This document shows positions 46,822 through 59,400 of a DNA stretch of 64,000 bases, one piece after another. Below the pieces are notes generated by a model. It had not been told where the DNA came from, did not search any database, and worked only from the letters and a program-made list of their open reading frames with translations. Numbering within the stretch: position 1 is the stretch's first letter; each line of letters starts with the position of its first letter. The DNA lies in the IMG/VR virus record IMGVR_UViG_3300030329_005488, positions 5,696 through 69,695 of that record; one strand, written 5' to 3'. The position numbers and the translations under genes are program-made. This DNA comes from a virus.

Positions 46822-46989
46822 TCACTTCTTATTGTGGAGACGGGTCCAAGCCATGTCTTGAATCTCGCCTTTGGAAAGGCCTACATTCTGGAAAACATTG
46901 TCTAACCATCGCTCAATGTGCCACATTAGAGCCACGTACAACACACACATTACTAAAGCAATCATCACCAGAACTTGAAGGAACTCCAT
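46822..46989 (-). CDS. single-TM microprotein (55 aa)
   Basis: MEFLQVLVMIALVMCVLYVALMW...GEIQDMAWTRLHNKK. Confidence 0.55.
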   Translation of the reverse strand: MEFLQVLVMIALVMCVLYVALMWHIERWLDNVFQNVGLSKGEIQDMAWTRLHNKK

Positions 46990-47117
46990 CAATTTCCCTC
47001 ACGATATGCTTCTTCAATAATCCTATCGAATTTGCGTGCAAGATAGAAGTAAAAGAACATCATAACCAAAGGTAAGAAGAAGAACATGAAAGCGAGCACA
47101 GCACGTGTATCGCTCAT
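46989..47117 (-). CDS. single-TM microprotein (42 aa)
   Basis: MSDTRAVLAFMFFFLPLVMMFFYFYLARK...; overlaps the tail fibre stop. Confidence 0.55.
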   Translation of the reverse strand: MSDTRAVLAFMFFFLPLVMMFFYFYLARKFDRIIEEAYREGN

Positions 47118-50100
47118 ACGGCAATCAAACCTAATTCTTTGAGTTTGTGTACAATGTCACCAAATGTATAGGCGTTCGACCCCGTACCTCCTGTATGAGT
47201 ACTATCTGCGGCGTATCCACCAAAACCAGCACCAGAATTAGCACTAAACCCAGTTCCTGTAATGTTACCACTTGCAGAAGTTGGTTGAATAACAGGGGTA
47301 ACATCATAAAAACCAAGTTTCTGACTTGTTGCTGTTCCAATTTTTGTACCATTACTTGTATCGAGGTTAATGTTTTTTCCATCAGATATAGTGATGTTAC
47401 CTGCAAAAGTCGCCATATTATCACTATCTAATCTAAATGCTTCACTTTGACTTGCGTTGCCATCAGTTGTGTACATAACTAAAGCAGCACCATTCTCACT
47501 TGCTGACCAACCAGCATCACAGATAGCCTCAATTCTTGCGCCCACAGTCATTGTCGCAGAAGCATCTTCAGCACCTGCGAATTCAATAACACCAAGTCGA
47601 TGGTCATCAGCCATTGCTGCCCCATCATTAGAAGATAAGCGCAGATTACCACCTTGGGTAGCGCTACTCGTAGTAGTATCAAGAATTTCCAAATCTACTG
47701 CAGGGGCACCTGTTCCAATACCAACAAAGCCAGCATCACTGATTCTCATGGCTTCTGCAAGTGAGTTAAGACTACTACCTGAACCACCTGCGTTTGCTAC
47801 TTGGAAAATAATTTCTCCACCAGCACCTGACCCTTTACCTTGCCCACCAGCAAGTGTTAAGTTACCACCAGCAATATTGTTGGTAGTTCCAGCAGTTGTA
47901 GTCCCGGCCTTTACCAAGACTGCTGTACCTGCTGCGTTATGAGCAGTGTCAGAAGGTTTCAGTGTATCAAGACTGGTGATAGTCAAATCGCCACTTGAGT
48001 AAGATACATCAGAAAGGTCGTTGAGCGCAGAAGCACCTCCACCACCACCAGCAATGGATGTTCCTGAAGTTAATTGTATGTCGTCACCAGCATCTGTGGT
48101 AAAGTAGAGTTCGTTCGGTGTAGCGGTGTTGACCCAAATCTGCCCATACCCACCAGTATCGGCGTTAGCGTCTGCTTGTTCTTTGAGACTTATTGTTCCT
48201 TCAACTGTGAGTTTTTGATTTGGGGCATCTGTGCCAATACCAACTGCATCTGCTGTTCCATCAGTAAATAATAGATTTGGGTCACTATTGCCTTCCACAC
48301 GGAAATCGAAATCAGAAGTTGCGCCTTCGTTGAATACAATATCTTGTGTAGTACCATTTACTTTGAGATAGGTAGTCTCTGTACCATTTCTTAAAACATC
48401 AAATCTCACCGACCCATCTCCTTGATAATGCTCTATTTCTGAGGCAATGGAAGCCCAAATCTTTGTTTGGTCATAGTCGGCACCATCGAAAAGGTGCCCC
48501 TTGAATTCAACTCTACCAATCAAATCTCCACTGGTTGTGGCACTATCTGATGGGTTCCTATACAATTGTAAAATTGGACCAGCATTAGTATCAGTGTGAG
48601 TATTTTCAAGAATTACACTCGCACTATTAGAAACTGAAGTAGTAACATGTAACGCAGCATCTGGTGACGCCTCAGCAATACCAACCTTACCATCAGTATG
48701 AATTCTCATTCTTTCTGCTACAGCATCAGTTCCACTTACTTTGGTATTGAACGTCATTATAGACGTCCCAGTACCATCGCCACCACCTGCTTTTAGGATT
48801 AAATCTCCACCATCAATATTAGCACTACCAGTTGCAGATGACCCTGCTTCAATTGTTAAATCTCTACCAGCAGTTGTCGAAGTTGTAGCCGCTACAGATA
48901 TAGTTGCATCTTGTGCATTTCCAAAACCAACATCTCCACCTGTAACTGTTAAATCAGTACCAACAGTTGCAGTAGTTGTAGTTGTTAGTGCACCTGTAAC
49001 TGCTAATGTGCTTCCATCAAAACTTAAATTAGATTCAGAAGTAACAGTGCCATCCCCATCATCTGTAAGTAACTGGTTATCGGCACCACTGACACCGACA
49101 GGGTGCAGGTCTGAAACAACCAATGTAGCCCCAGACCTATCTAAACCAGTAGTAGCAACTGTTCCTGCTATCGTGTCAAGTAAGTCTGACAAGGATTCTC
49201 TCTTAGCAGCGCTACTGTCATCATTATCAAGGAAGATGAATTCATCTGCCTCTGCCATAACAGCAGCGGCTGCCTCACTCAAATCCACATCTACTTGATT
49301 GGCTTGTACGTCTATCAGAGTGCCAGCACCCACTGCCATAACAGCAGAAGAGGCAGTTAGACCAGCACCTGCAAATAGTGTAGCGATGTCATCTATACTT
49401 TCCCTTCTGGTAGGGTCGTCAGTAGTGCCTTCATCAGAAAAGGCGATATAATCACCAGATGCTATCGCCTCTTCTGTGAGACCATGAACGTCTAATGTGA
49501 ATGTCATATCATATGGGTCAGAGTCACTTCCATCCGATGTGTCTGTCCAATTGATATCTACACCACCACCTTCAACGAATTTTACTTCTTTACCGTCGTT
49601 GATTGTGACTTCAGTGCCATCACCATCCTCTAATTGGAACGAGGTCATCAAAGCAGAGATGGCTGCTTGGTAGTCACAGCGAACCCATACGCTCCCTTCA
49701 TAGATGAAAGTCGCGCGCTTCCCAGCAGTGACAAGTTCACCCATACCCCCACCACCAGTGAAATTAGTTTTGGAGAAACCAGCCGCTCCAATTTCTGTTA
49801 TTGTAATAGTTGTATTACCAGAACTCCCGGGGTTGACCTGTGTAACTGTGATGACATTACTGGAATTGGTAGCAGTGAATTCTGTATGGTGATTGATAGC
49901 AGTCGCAATCTCCACTGCTTGTGCTGTGGCATGAAGCGCAGAGGTAGCATAACTACCAGAGGCCAGTGTTTTCGCATCAAGAGTGGTCCCACTCGTGGTG
50001 GCTGAAGTGGTAGAGTCTGCCTGACCCCCCATTGTTAGAGTGACAGTAGTGCCTCCGGTAGAGATTAATTGAATGGTGTCCCCTTGGCCAATATACTGGA

Positions 50101-51328
50101 CACCCGGAGGGGGCGCTCCAGTATTATCTACTGTTATAGTGGCCGATGCTGTCCCATAATCATCGAACTCAATGGTACCATCACCATCATTACATACTTC
50201 GACAATATGCCCTTCTGGGAAAAGGTAGTTACTCCCGCTCTTCTCAGGGTTGAGTGTCACAGTTACTCCAGCGTTCGGGCTTAACATGTAGAAAGCGTCA
50301 CCGTAAGAAGTGATTGTGTAAGAAGCATCTGACGATATAGCAGAACTCGGGGCAGACACTCCCATACCGAAAAGACGCCTACTCACTGTTCCTGTAGCGC
50401 TGTTTTCCTGACCCGCATAAAATAATTCATCACCCATTCTATTACCGGCTCTATCTAAACCGTCTCCGGGTCCAAACCCGAGACTGGTCCCGCTTTTACC
50501 AGTAGAAGACCAAAGAGCAGAAACGTCAAGCAATGTGGCTGAACCACTGGCCGTCACTGTGCCAATATCTCCTGTTTCACTACTGGCCATAAGAGCGCGT
50601 AAATCAGCAGCGGATTGAACACCATCTGTAGCATTTCGCCGTACTTGACTTGTCACACCACCATCATCTGTGGTAAGTGCTCCACTTGTAAGTGGGGTCA
50701 TGTAAAGAGGGTTATTACGAATGAAAGTGCGCTTGTCATTTATCTCAATCACATCTACCTTATGATTGCCCCCACCACTGCTTTTGTATTCGCAACGCAC
50801 TGTGGCGAGCACCACAACTTGCGCATTCACTTGTGATGTACCAGTGTCATAATCTACCAGATATTGGGAAGGAAGACTTGGGTACAATCCTTGACCTGTG
50901 GCTACAGCGGCCCCACCTGCATGATAAGTTCTTGATTGACCTCCTTGGGAGCCCACGTAGATAGTATAGAGGGATTGCTCACCAGATGCCGCTAAAGCGG
51001 TTCCTGAACCATGAGAAGAATTACCTATTGTCATTGTGACTGTGTTACCCGGACCATTTGCGAACTCGTATATTTGACCATCCAGAACAACATATCCTCC
51101 TTGTATTGTAAGTGTATATGCACTTGCCCTACTCACTGCCCCGGGTTGACTATTCACTGCATTTCTGGTAGAGCCAAGAACAGTATCTTCTAATCGAAGG
51201 ATACCATTCCCATGCACCCCTTGAAGGAGATTGGTCATTGTTGGTGATGAAAGAGCGTCACCATCACGAAGCCCATCGGCTCCAAGTGTATTCTGCGCTG
51301 CTGTGTGTCCGCTTAGTGGGTCAGTCAT
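47114..51328 (-). CDS. tail fibre / receptor-binding protein
   Basis: 1404 aa, G/T/S/A/D-rich; repeated (M)RI..G.VGIG..P fibre motifs; follows baseplate-like genes. Confidence 0.75.
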   Translation of the reverse strand: MTDPLSGHTAAQNTLGADGLRDGDALSSPTMTNLLQGVHGNGILRLEDTVLGSTRNAVNSQPGAVSRASAYTLTIQGGYVVLDGQIYEFANGPGNTVTMTIGNSSHGSGTALAASGEQSLYTIYVGSQGGQSRTYHAGGAAVATGQGLYPSLPSQYLVDYDTGTSQVNAQVVVLATVRCEYKSSGGGNHKVDVIEINDKRTFIRNNPLYMTPLTSGALTTDDGGVTSQVRRNATDGVQSAADLRALMASSETGDIGTVTASGSATLLDVSALWSSTGKSGTSLGFGPGDGLDRAGNRMGDELFYAGQENSATGTVSRRLFGMGVSAPSSAISSDASYTITSYGDAFYMLSPNAGVTVTLNPEKSGSNYLFPEGHIVEVCNDGDGTIEFDDYGTASATITVDNTGAPPPGVQYIGQGDTIQLISTGGTTVTLTMGGQADSTTSATTSGTTLDAKTLASGSYATSALHATAQAVEIATAINHHTEFTATNSSNVITVTQVNPGSSGNTTITITEIGAAGFSKTNFTGGGGMGELVTAGKRATFIYEGSVWVRCDYQAAISALMTSFQLEDGDGTEVTINDGKEVKFVEGGGVDINWTDTSDGSDSDPYDMTFTLDVHGLTEEAIASGDYIAFSDEGTTDDPTRRESIDDIATLFAGAGLTASSAVMAVGAGTLIDVQANQVDVDLSEAAAAVMAEADEFIFLDNDDSSAAKRESLSDLLDTIAGTVATTGLDRSGATLVVSDLHPVGVSGADNQLLTDDGDGTVTSESNLSFDGSTLAVTGALTTTTTATVGTDLTVTGGDVGFGNAQDATISVAATTSTTAGRDLTIEAGSSATGSANIDGGDLILKAGGGDGTGTSIMTFNTKVSGTDAVAERMRIHTDGKVGIAEASPDAALHVTTSVSNSASVILENTHTDTNAGPILQLYRNPSDSATTSGDLIGRVEFKGHLFDGADYDQTKIWASIASEIEHYQGDGSVRFDVLRNGTETTYLKVNGTTQDIVFNEGATSDFDFRVEGNSDPNLLFTDGTADAVGIGTDAPNQKLTVEGTISLKEQADANADTGGYGQIWVNTATPNELYFTTDAGDDIQLTSGTSIAGGGGGASALNDLSDVSYSSGDLTITSLDTLKPSDTAHNAAGTAVLVKAGTTTAGTTNNIAGGNLTLAGGQGKGSGAGGEIIFQVANAGGSGSSLNSLAEAMRISDAGFVGIGTGAPAVDLEILDTTTSSATQGGNLRLSSNDGAAMADDHRLGVIEFAGAEDASATMTVGARIEAICDAGWSASENGAALVMYTTDGNASQSEAFRLDSDNMATFAGNITISDGKNINLDTSNGTKIGTATSQKLGFYDVTPVIQPTSASGNITGTGFSANSGAGFGGYAADSTHTGGTGSNAYTFGDIVHKLKELGLIAV

Positions 51329-51675
51329 TATTCAACCTCCAATACAAATGAGAAGATGACTTCATTTTGCGCGTCTTTAGTGAAAGGCTGGATGTCTGCG
51401 CGATATACAGGAATGAATTCACCAGTGCTCGGGTCTTTATACTGAAGATAGACCTCTTGCACATTATCATTAAACACATGGCTTGTACTGAAAGAACCTT
51501 CGACGAGAATACTTGTGTCGTCAATAATACGAACAGTAGGGGTCACGGACGCTATTGTCCTCGCACCTCCATCATCAGCAGATGCAGCAGTGCCATCTGT
51601 ACCAATATGTAATTCATTCACTAACGAGGCAAGATGTTCTACAAGTCTTCTCTTTATGGCATTTAACATCGGCAT
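51328..51675 (-). CDS. small tail/baseplate protein
   Basis: 115 aa beta-rich (IGTDGT...EV.L...FTK...F) in the tail operon. Confidence 0.55.
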   Translation of the reverse strand: MPMLNAIKRRLVEHLASLVNELHIGTDGTAASADDGGARTIASVTPTVRIIDDTSILVEGSFSTSHVFNDNVQEVYLQYKDPSTGEFIPVYRADIQPFTKDAQNEVIFSFVLEVE

Positions 51676-53456
51676 TAGATTCTCCTCCTACGAAGTCCAC
51701 CTTTCACTTTACGCATTTCATGAGAGCGGGGGCGAAGAAGGCGAATAGATAATCCGCTTGAGCCGATAGTGGCACCATTCGGCGCTCTCACAGTAACTCC
51801 TGTGAAAGTAGTGGATGTAGTTCCTGTATATGAGGCGTGTATAGATTCATTGATTAGTAAATGACCAGTACTTGGGAATCCTGTAGTTGAAGACACAGTG
51901 ATAGTTGTAGACGAGAAAGACCCTCCTGTCAATCGGGGAGTCAATCCAGTACCTACAGAACTACGTGCTGAGGAATCACCTGCGTTATACCCCCTATGTC
52001 CCAAAAGGAGACCAGCGTGGATATCATTACCACTGTTTGTCATGGTTATACCTGTCACGGCACTATTGTTTCTTGAAAGAGTAACTAATACATTTCTTCG
52101 TATAACCTCACCAAATACACGGATATTTGCTCTCCCCACTCCTGACTTCTCTAACGTGATTCTTTGCTGAGTGTTATCAGAAGCGTCCATTTCTGAGTTG
52201 AATGCGTTCGCATCTTCGAATGCCATAAGGACTCCTTCTATGCCCTTCTCATATGATAGTAACATGAGATTACTTCTACCATCTCTCAATCTATGATTTA
52301 CTTCTACTACTGCTCGTCTTGTTTGGTTCCCAGTAGTAGGATTCTCATAGTCAACTACATCCCCCGGGCCTATATCCCATACCTGAGCATGGTCTTCGCT
52401 CTTGATTGCTTCTTGCGCTTTTCTATTCAGGCGTAGAAGTTGAGCGGCTGTTTTTCTCGCACCTGCTTTCGTACCCGCTGTGGGGTCAGATACCGTGGTA
52501 GATTTTACAGCACCGTGTTTCTTTTGTAATTCAGCATCGTCGACAATAGCCTCAATGATATCATTTATTGCTACACTACGCCCTCTTACAACTATTCGAT
52601 TCGCCACATCCACAACTGGGTCTACTTCTACTGAACCTTCACCTCTATTTGGCCCTGTTTTCCTATCTGTCGCATAGAAGATATCAGGAGCATAGATGAA
52701 ATTACCGAATTTATCAAAGAAGATTGCATAATGGTCGTGGCGTGCCACGAATCGAATTGCGCTGGGGACTGCGACTGATTTGAAATCTTGAGCAAGGAAA
52801 TTCATTGAGTGGCGGGAAACATCAACGCCTTTATGAGAACTGATTGTGCCTGCTCTGGGACCTGAGAAGGGCAAACCTACACTCACGCTGTTGAAATTAT
52901 GCAAGTGGTCTTTCAAGATTCGAGGGACAAGGTCAGTGGTTCGAAGACCTACGCTTGTTAATTGACCTGTGTAAACATGCTCCGCCTCGAATCCTTTCTC
53001 AACAAGGGTTTTACCTTGCATGTTCTGGAAAATGAATCTATTTCCAAAATTGGCAGCCCCTACACGGTCAGGGCGAATACGTACAGAGGGGTCGTCGTCA
53101 GCAAAAAGTAACATGGGTGGTGTAGAATCTGCACTCAGTACACCATCTCTGAAAAATACACTTGTGTCGTCTTTAATTCCGGCGCGGTCAGGATATGTGA
53201 CGCGGCCAGCGCTTTCTTCCTCAATTAATCGGTATCTCCCTCCCCTTGTTGTTTGGAAGTCACTCGTTGAAAAGCGCGACAAAGATAGGTATCTCCCAGA
53301 AGTGTGACTCTCTCTATCATATACTGCGTGGTGGACAGCATTATCTACAAATTTTGGCGCCTCTGTGATGCTTCCTACTGCACTTCTGATATTGTCATCC
53401 CTACCCGTGCCGGGCTCGATAATGGTCCTCGCTGTCTCTGCTATACTATACGTCAT
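51675..53456 (-). CDS. putative baseplate hub / distal tail protein
   Basis: 593 aa; NRIVVRG...D..LQKKHG...A..AA.LL...PGDVV pattern resembling hub proteins. Confidence 0.5.
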   Translation of the reverse strand: MTYSIAETARTIIEPGTGRDDNIRSAVGSITEAPKFVDNAVHHAVYDRESHTSGRYLSLSRFSTSDFQTTRGGRYRLIEEESAGRVTYPDRAGIKDDTSVFFRDGVLSADSTPPMLLFADDDPSVRIRPDRVGAANFGNRFIFQNMQGKTLVEKGFEAEHVYTGQLTSVGLRTTDLVPRILKDHLHNFNSVSVGLPFSGPRAGTISSHKGVDVSRHSMNFLAQDFKSVAVPSAIRFVARHDHYAIFFDKFGNFIYAPDIFYATDRKTGPNRGEGSVEVDPVVDVANRIVVRGRSVAINDIIEAIVDDAELQKKHGAVKSTTVSDPTAGTKAGARKTAAQLLRLNRKAQEAIKSEDHAQVWDIGPGDVVDYENPTTGNQTRRAVVEVNHRLRDGRSNLMLLSYEKGIEGVLMAFEDANAFNSEMDASDNTQQRITLEKSGVGRANIRVFGEVIRRNVLVTLSRNNSAVTGITMTNSGNDIHAGLLLGHRGYNAGDSSARSSVGTGLTPRLTGGSFSSTTITVSSTTGFPSTGHLLINESIHASYTGTTSTTFTGVTVRAPNGATIGSSGLSIRLLRPRSHEMRKVKGGLRRRRI

Positions 53457-56400
53457 GATGACACCTGATTATCGCTATGGGATGACTCATTTGTGTGAGT
53501 CGATGTATTCTGATAAGAGCCGGGATAGACACTTTGTGTGAATCGTGGCTGTACTGAGTAATCATTTCGGATAACATCCTCATCTCCTGACCTTCTTGAT
53601 TGTCTCCGAGCAGCATCTGCTCTGAAATGTTGTAGAGTATTGGAGGAAACAATAATTCTCGCAACTGTTTGTTTAAGGCTTTCAGAGAAACCACTTGCCT
53701 CAGTACCGGGAATAACAGGCCCACTACTTGTAGGGGTTGTATAATCTGAAGTTGCGAATAAATAGGTAGGAGCATAAGGTGGATTATCAGGAGCAGGATT
53801 AGTGCTTCTCACAAATCTACCACTGGACGCTCTTGCGTTCGGCGCACTATATGTGAATACACCATATCTACCAGCAGCAGTGCCTGATAATGCATGACTT
53901 GTATCTCTGAATATCTCAATATGGCGATGGTCTAAAACACGCACGGGCTTCACAAGCAGACGGAGCAGTTTGTCAGTGGTATTCGTTCTGGTGCCACTGC
54001 TCGCAAGAGGGTTGTGACTACTGGTCTGATATGGATTAGCACTCCCCCCAGATGAAGAACCCCACCCAGCGTCACTGATAGGTTCCATGTAATTCAACAA
54101 GTCCAGTATCAGAGTTCCCCCCATTGGCCATAATCCATGAGTCATATTCAGTCTCATAACTTGTTTGAATGAAGAAGTGAAATCTAATGACGTTAAATCA
54201 TAATCGGCAACTGCACGAGTATCTGTTTTGATTCCCGCAGCCATGATGTACCTTCTACCTATTGCTCTGTCAGTGTGAAGACTGTGGGCCTCTGTAGCCA
54301 TAGCCACGTATTCAGAAGACAGACCATCATTGAATTCACTCACGGTCATAGTATCTAATCCGATACGAGGGGATAGTCTTGAAATCGGCTCTTGGATGAA
54401 TTCATTAGCAGGGACAAAAGTATCTTTTGCGCGCTCTATGTTAGAGCCCGCCATACCTTCAGGTTTGAGTAATCCGTCATCTGAAGACACTCCTAATTTG
54501 TTACTGATGCCTCTCTTCAATTCATCTGAGGCGAGGTCTGAATTACTCGGTCTTATGAGGCCTTTACCGAATACTGGTTCTGATGTATGATGTGAAAGAA
54601 CGTGCCCTGTTGGATTCATTACAGTATCAACACTTTGTAGAACATCTTCGTTGAAAACTGTAGGCCAGCGTACACCTCTACCATCACCTCTATCACCTAT
54701 ACGTTTGGCGGTGGCAGGGTCAAAGAAATCTAATTCTGCCCGTGATGGTTTATGCCTTGCAGGGTCGTCAAATGTTTGGGCTGACTTCGTCCTATCTGTA
54801 GCACGATACGCGTCTTCTGGGTCCCAAGCAGGTCTTATACCGAACCCTCTCAACGGGAATCTTCTCACATCCTCACCTGTTGTATTACCCCACCAATCTA
54901 TCACATAGTGGCTGATAGCCAAAGCCAGATTTCTGCGCTGTTTAGAAACAGTGCTCATTATACCTGCTATCCTATCTCCTTGGTGATGTCTCAAGACTGT
55001 ATCAGTATTGACGAAGTTTCTGACAGCACAGCCATAAGGTCTTGTCATCCTACGCCCTTGACTATAACGCACTTGTTGTATTTTAAGGTCTGAGCCCACC
55101 ATAGCACTTGCGTTGGTGATACGCTCAAGGACACCCACATAAGACGTAGAAGTGGTCGCAGTGGATGTAGAGTGAATACCTGAATTACTACTACTACTAC
55201 CTTCTATGAAAGTGGATGTAGTCTGGCTATCATTCTGCACGAATGGGCCGGGCTTATACCCAGCATGTATGTTGGAGTAAGGGTCAACTAAAGATGTCGT
55301 AGACCAGATAGCCCAACGTGGTCGATTGAATGGTTGACGTATCCCGAATCTATAACCAAAGCCTCTATTTCTACTGATATTATCACTACCAGTGACTGGG
55401 TCACTCAATGTTTCACTATCGACCGTACCCATGGAAGTGCCATTAGAACCAGTATCTCTGTAGATGCTTCTATTATCCCAATATTTACCCCATCCCGGAG
55501 CAGCGGTGCCCCACAACGTAAGAGTAGACATCTGAGCACCGAATCTTGAACCACCGGGCCAGAATGCCCCAAAGTGATATTTCTTCGCTGATGATTGTGT
55601 GTCATTTCGCGCCTGTGGAGGATATGAGACATTGAATGAATCAGGGTCAACTATCGTACCACCTGCTTGAGACCAGTGGCGGGCTCGGAAATCGAATGGT
55701 CCATCACTCATCGTGTAAACGAATTCGTGATAATGAACAGTCTCGAAATGTTCAGGTAAGTGATTGTAAGGGCTTTTATCAACTGCTGCATCACCAATAT
55801 TGGTACGTGAGTCTGAATAATATGTCATTGGTCGTCCAAGATTATAGTGCCACGCGCAAAGATAAGCATCTGGTGAATGTAGACTGTTCGTGTCTCTTGT
55901 CCCTGCTAATAATTGGGGTAAGTTACGTGTGGCTATACTCCTATCTGACTTTGTATAGACTTCACCGGGTGACAATGTACCATAGGCGCCACTCAATCGA
56001 ATTGTTGTCCCATCACTAAGTGCAGACCAGAAAGCAGCATTACCTGAGACTCCTGTGAATCGTGAGGTATTAGTCAACGCTGTTCCACTACTATATCCTC
56101 TATTCGTATATGTAGCAGTGTGCTCACGACCGGAACTATCTGTAATGACTAATTTATGGTTCCAATAATCTCTCCCTACAAGAGGGAAGAGGTCATTGTT
56201 GTCTACAGCGATAACCCCGTCTGCTGATGAACCTGCTGAGGTTTCAGCAGTTGTGGTCTTCTTGAAAGTACATGTGGGGGTAAGACTACTGTAAGTATGG
56301 ATATACGGGTCAATGTAATATGTAGGATATCCTGCAAGTGTTATTTGGCTACCTACAGCACCAAGCGTGCTTCTACAGAAATGATAGTAGTCATCAGGGA

Positions 56401-59400
56401 GATAATGTTCTAATTTTCTCCATGGGTTGGTAGCGTAAACTGTAGATGATTTGATGGCTGGTGCCCACCATGGGACTGTTAATGTGTAACCCGGTGTTGC
56501 TTTCCTGAACATATTCGGACGGTAAGGTAGAGACCTACGAGTGAAAGCGCCAGATGTTCCCTCGTTGACACCAAATGCATTATACAATCCTAATGTAGGT
56601 ACTGAGGTGAATTGTTGACCGGGTGCTGGGTCAATATCAAGCATGACCTCATTGATGATTATCTCACAGCCTCGTATATCAGCCATAGTGGCTTCAGCCA
56701 AAATGAGGTCGAATCCAGTAGCACCGTCTGCCTGTAAAGCAATTACAGTGTTGACTTGTTGGTCTGTGAGAGTAGGATATACAGTACCTGTGGGTTTCCC
56801 TGTGGCGCCGAATGACTCATTCGCATTATTACCCATAAATTGTTGAGCGAAAAGATTAGGCTGGATGACTATTTGATATGCTCCTGCCTCTAATGGGTCA
56901 GGGAAATTCCAATGCAGCGCGTAATTAGTGCCTTTCTCAAGACGGATTCTATGACCACCTGTTGAATTGACTGTATCCGTACTTGCTATACCATATCCAT
57001 CAAACCTCATTTTCGTTTCAGTCAAGAGAGTGAAAGCACCCCCATGTATATCTGATGGTTTATGTGCCGATGTAAGAGAAGAGAACCACATTAAAGGATT
57101 AATGCCCACTCCTTTCTTGTTATTCATCAATCCGTCTGTACCGTCAGCATGGAATGTTCTACTATTATCTAAAGTAGTATATCCTTCATCTTGCTCGACA
57201 CTGTCTATACTGGTAGTTGCACATCCAAATGCTGACGAGTAAATCCTTTGATAGAGAGGATGAGCAAGATGCCCCGGCATCATCGCCATAGTCGGCGTGA
57301 CATAATGGTGTCCCATTCTCGGGATAGGCATAGGTGTTAAACGGTCTGAGCGAATAACAGTAGAAGGACAAGTAGTATTACCTACACTACTCCATGTAAT
57401 GGGCTTCTTATCGGGACTTTCCCCACTCACTTCAGCATGGTCTCTCAATCTTCGCGCTGCGAAGTGCCGAGTAGAACCTGCTGGGACATAGAATGATAAT
57501 TTGATAGTGTCTCCTGAAGAAGCAGAAAAGTCGGGTGGGAAAACACAACCTGTGAATGTAGAGCCACTTACGTTAGTGTAAGATACAACATGGCCATTCA
57601 CAACTAAGAAGTATCTCCCGTCGGGAGTAGCGTCTTGTTTCCACACAGTGCTATCCACAGCACTGTCTGCTGTCAATACAGTCCCAGAATAAGATACGAA
57701 AGTGTGCTCGTCGTGAGTGATGACACCAAGACTACTGATATACAACGGCTCTCTTTCTGTGTAAGTATATCCCTGTCTAACTACATGGAAGTATAGAGCA
57801 CGGTCATGAGGCTCATAGGAAGTAGCAAGCGGGTTCTCATTATCCATATCTCCTACGCGCCCATCTGGGAAATTATTTGGTCTTGGGTCAATTCTTTCCC
57901 ATCCCTCATTTTCCCAGAAGGGACCAGTACTGGGATTAGTATTCGTGCTATCGAAATTAGATTGAACGACGCTGTCTGGTAATGATGGTCGTTGTAGGCC
58001 TCCTGTCCCCATAGTCTCGTGCTGATACGCTTGAAGTCTGTCGAACCCAGAACGTACCAGTATATCTCCCGGAATACTATCAGCATCAGGGAGTTGAATT
58101 TTGAGATTAGGGGAGTCCCCGCTACCAGATAAAGCCGGTGCGAGCCCTCCTACATCACGATTAGATGTGAGTTCATAATCTCTAATGACGGTACCGAAAG
58201 GTGAACCTCCCTCTAATGTGTGTATTTGACCGGTATCGTCTATAACTTCAATCTCTTCAAACTGAGACTCCTCATTTGGTATATCTAAGGCGTTCTTTAT
58301 TTCATGTGGGAATCTTTCTGCGAATTGTGGATGGGATAATTCCTGCGCTTGTATAATTGGATACATTGCTTTATTCGTAGACTCGAAAGAGAATCTCACA
58401 TTCCCATAAACTGTTTCACCGAATTTCACATACGAGGAAGATACTTTCCGATAAACCCAAGGCACGGCACCTAAACCTCGTGCGTTCTGTGCTGGTAAGC
58501 AAACATTACCACCATCCATCCTTTTCCATACAACGTGTTGTGAGAAGAAATTACGTGCAGCACTCTTGCTTCTCCAATAATCGAATGCGTTATCATGCGC
58601 ATCTAAATTGAGTGCTATATTATTATCAGTGCTACAGAGAACCTTGGTTGTATCTGCACCAGCGAACCCAGTGATTGTAACGACATCGTCACCCATGAAT
58701 CCACTGGCGAATCCACTTACTGTTGTATTTGAAAGAGATGAGGAGATTGTATTATTACCTGCACTCCCCGCAGTCGCTTGTGTTAATGTCAATATATTAC
58801 TTGAGCGCGATACGAGTATCTTCCCATTATGTCCATTAGCGTGTTCTATTGCCGCCTCTAAGGAAGCAGCCACATCATCATTGTTATTATCTATACTGAA
58901 TTGATTTAATCCAGCATCTGCTGTACCTGAGACAGCGGTGTATGTTACGCTTGTATCATCTGTAGAAACCATTACGATGGTTTGAGTAGCGCTGGGCTTA
59001 CCTGCTGCTATATTTACAGTGGCTGTTGCCCCACCACCGCTTTTTGTGATTGTTTGGTTCCCTGCAGTACCTGCAGTTGATTGAGAGAGAACTAAGGTTC
59101 CTCCTAATTGTGATACACCGACAGTGCCATTATGACCATCTGAATGTTCAATTGCCGCTTTGAGACGGCCAGCAATCAGAGTACCTGTAGTGTCTCCTTG
59201 TATTCTTACATCTCGCACTGTTCCTGAACCCACAACCGCAGTATCTGTAGGGGCAGCATCATCATCCCATGTGTAAGTTCTGACTGTGCCTGCAGAATCT
59301 GTGATGACAATAGCGCCACCATCATAATTAGCAGGAGTTCCACTTACACATACAATCTTGGCTGACGCCTTCCCTTCACTCAATGAGAAAAGGGCATCAT

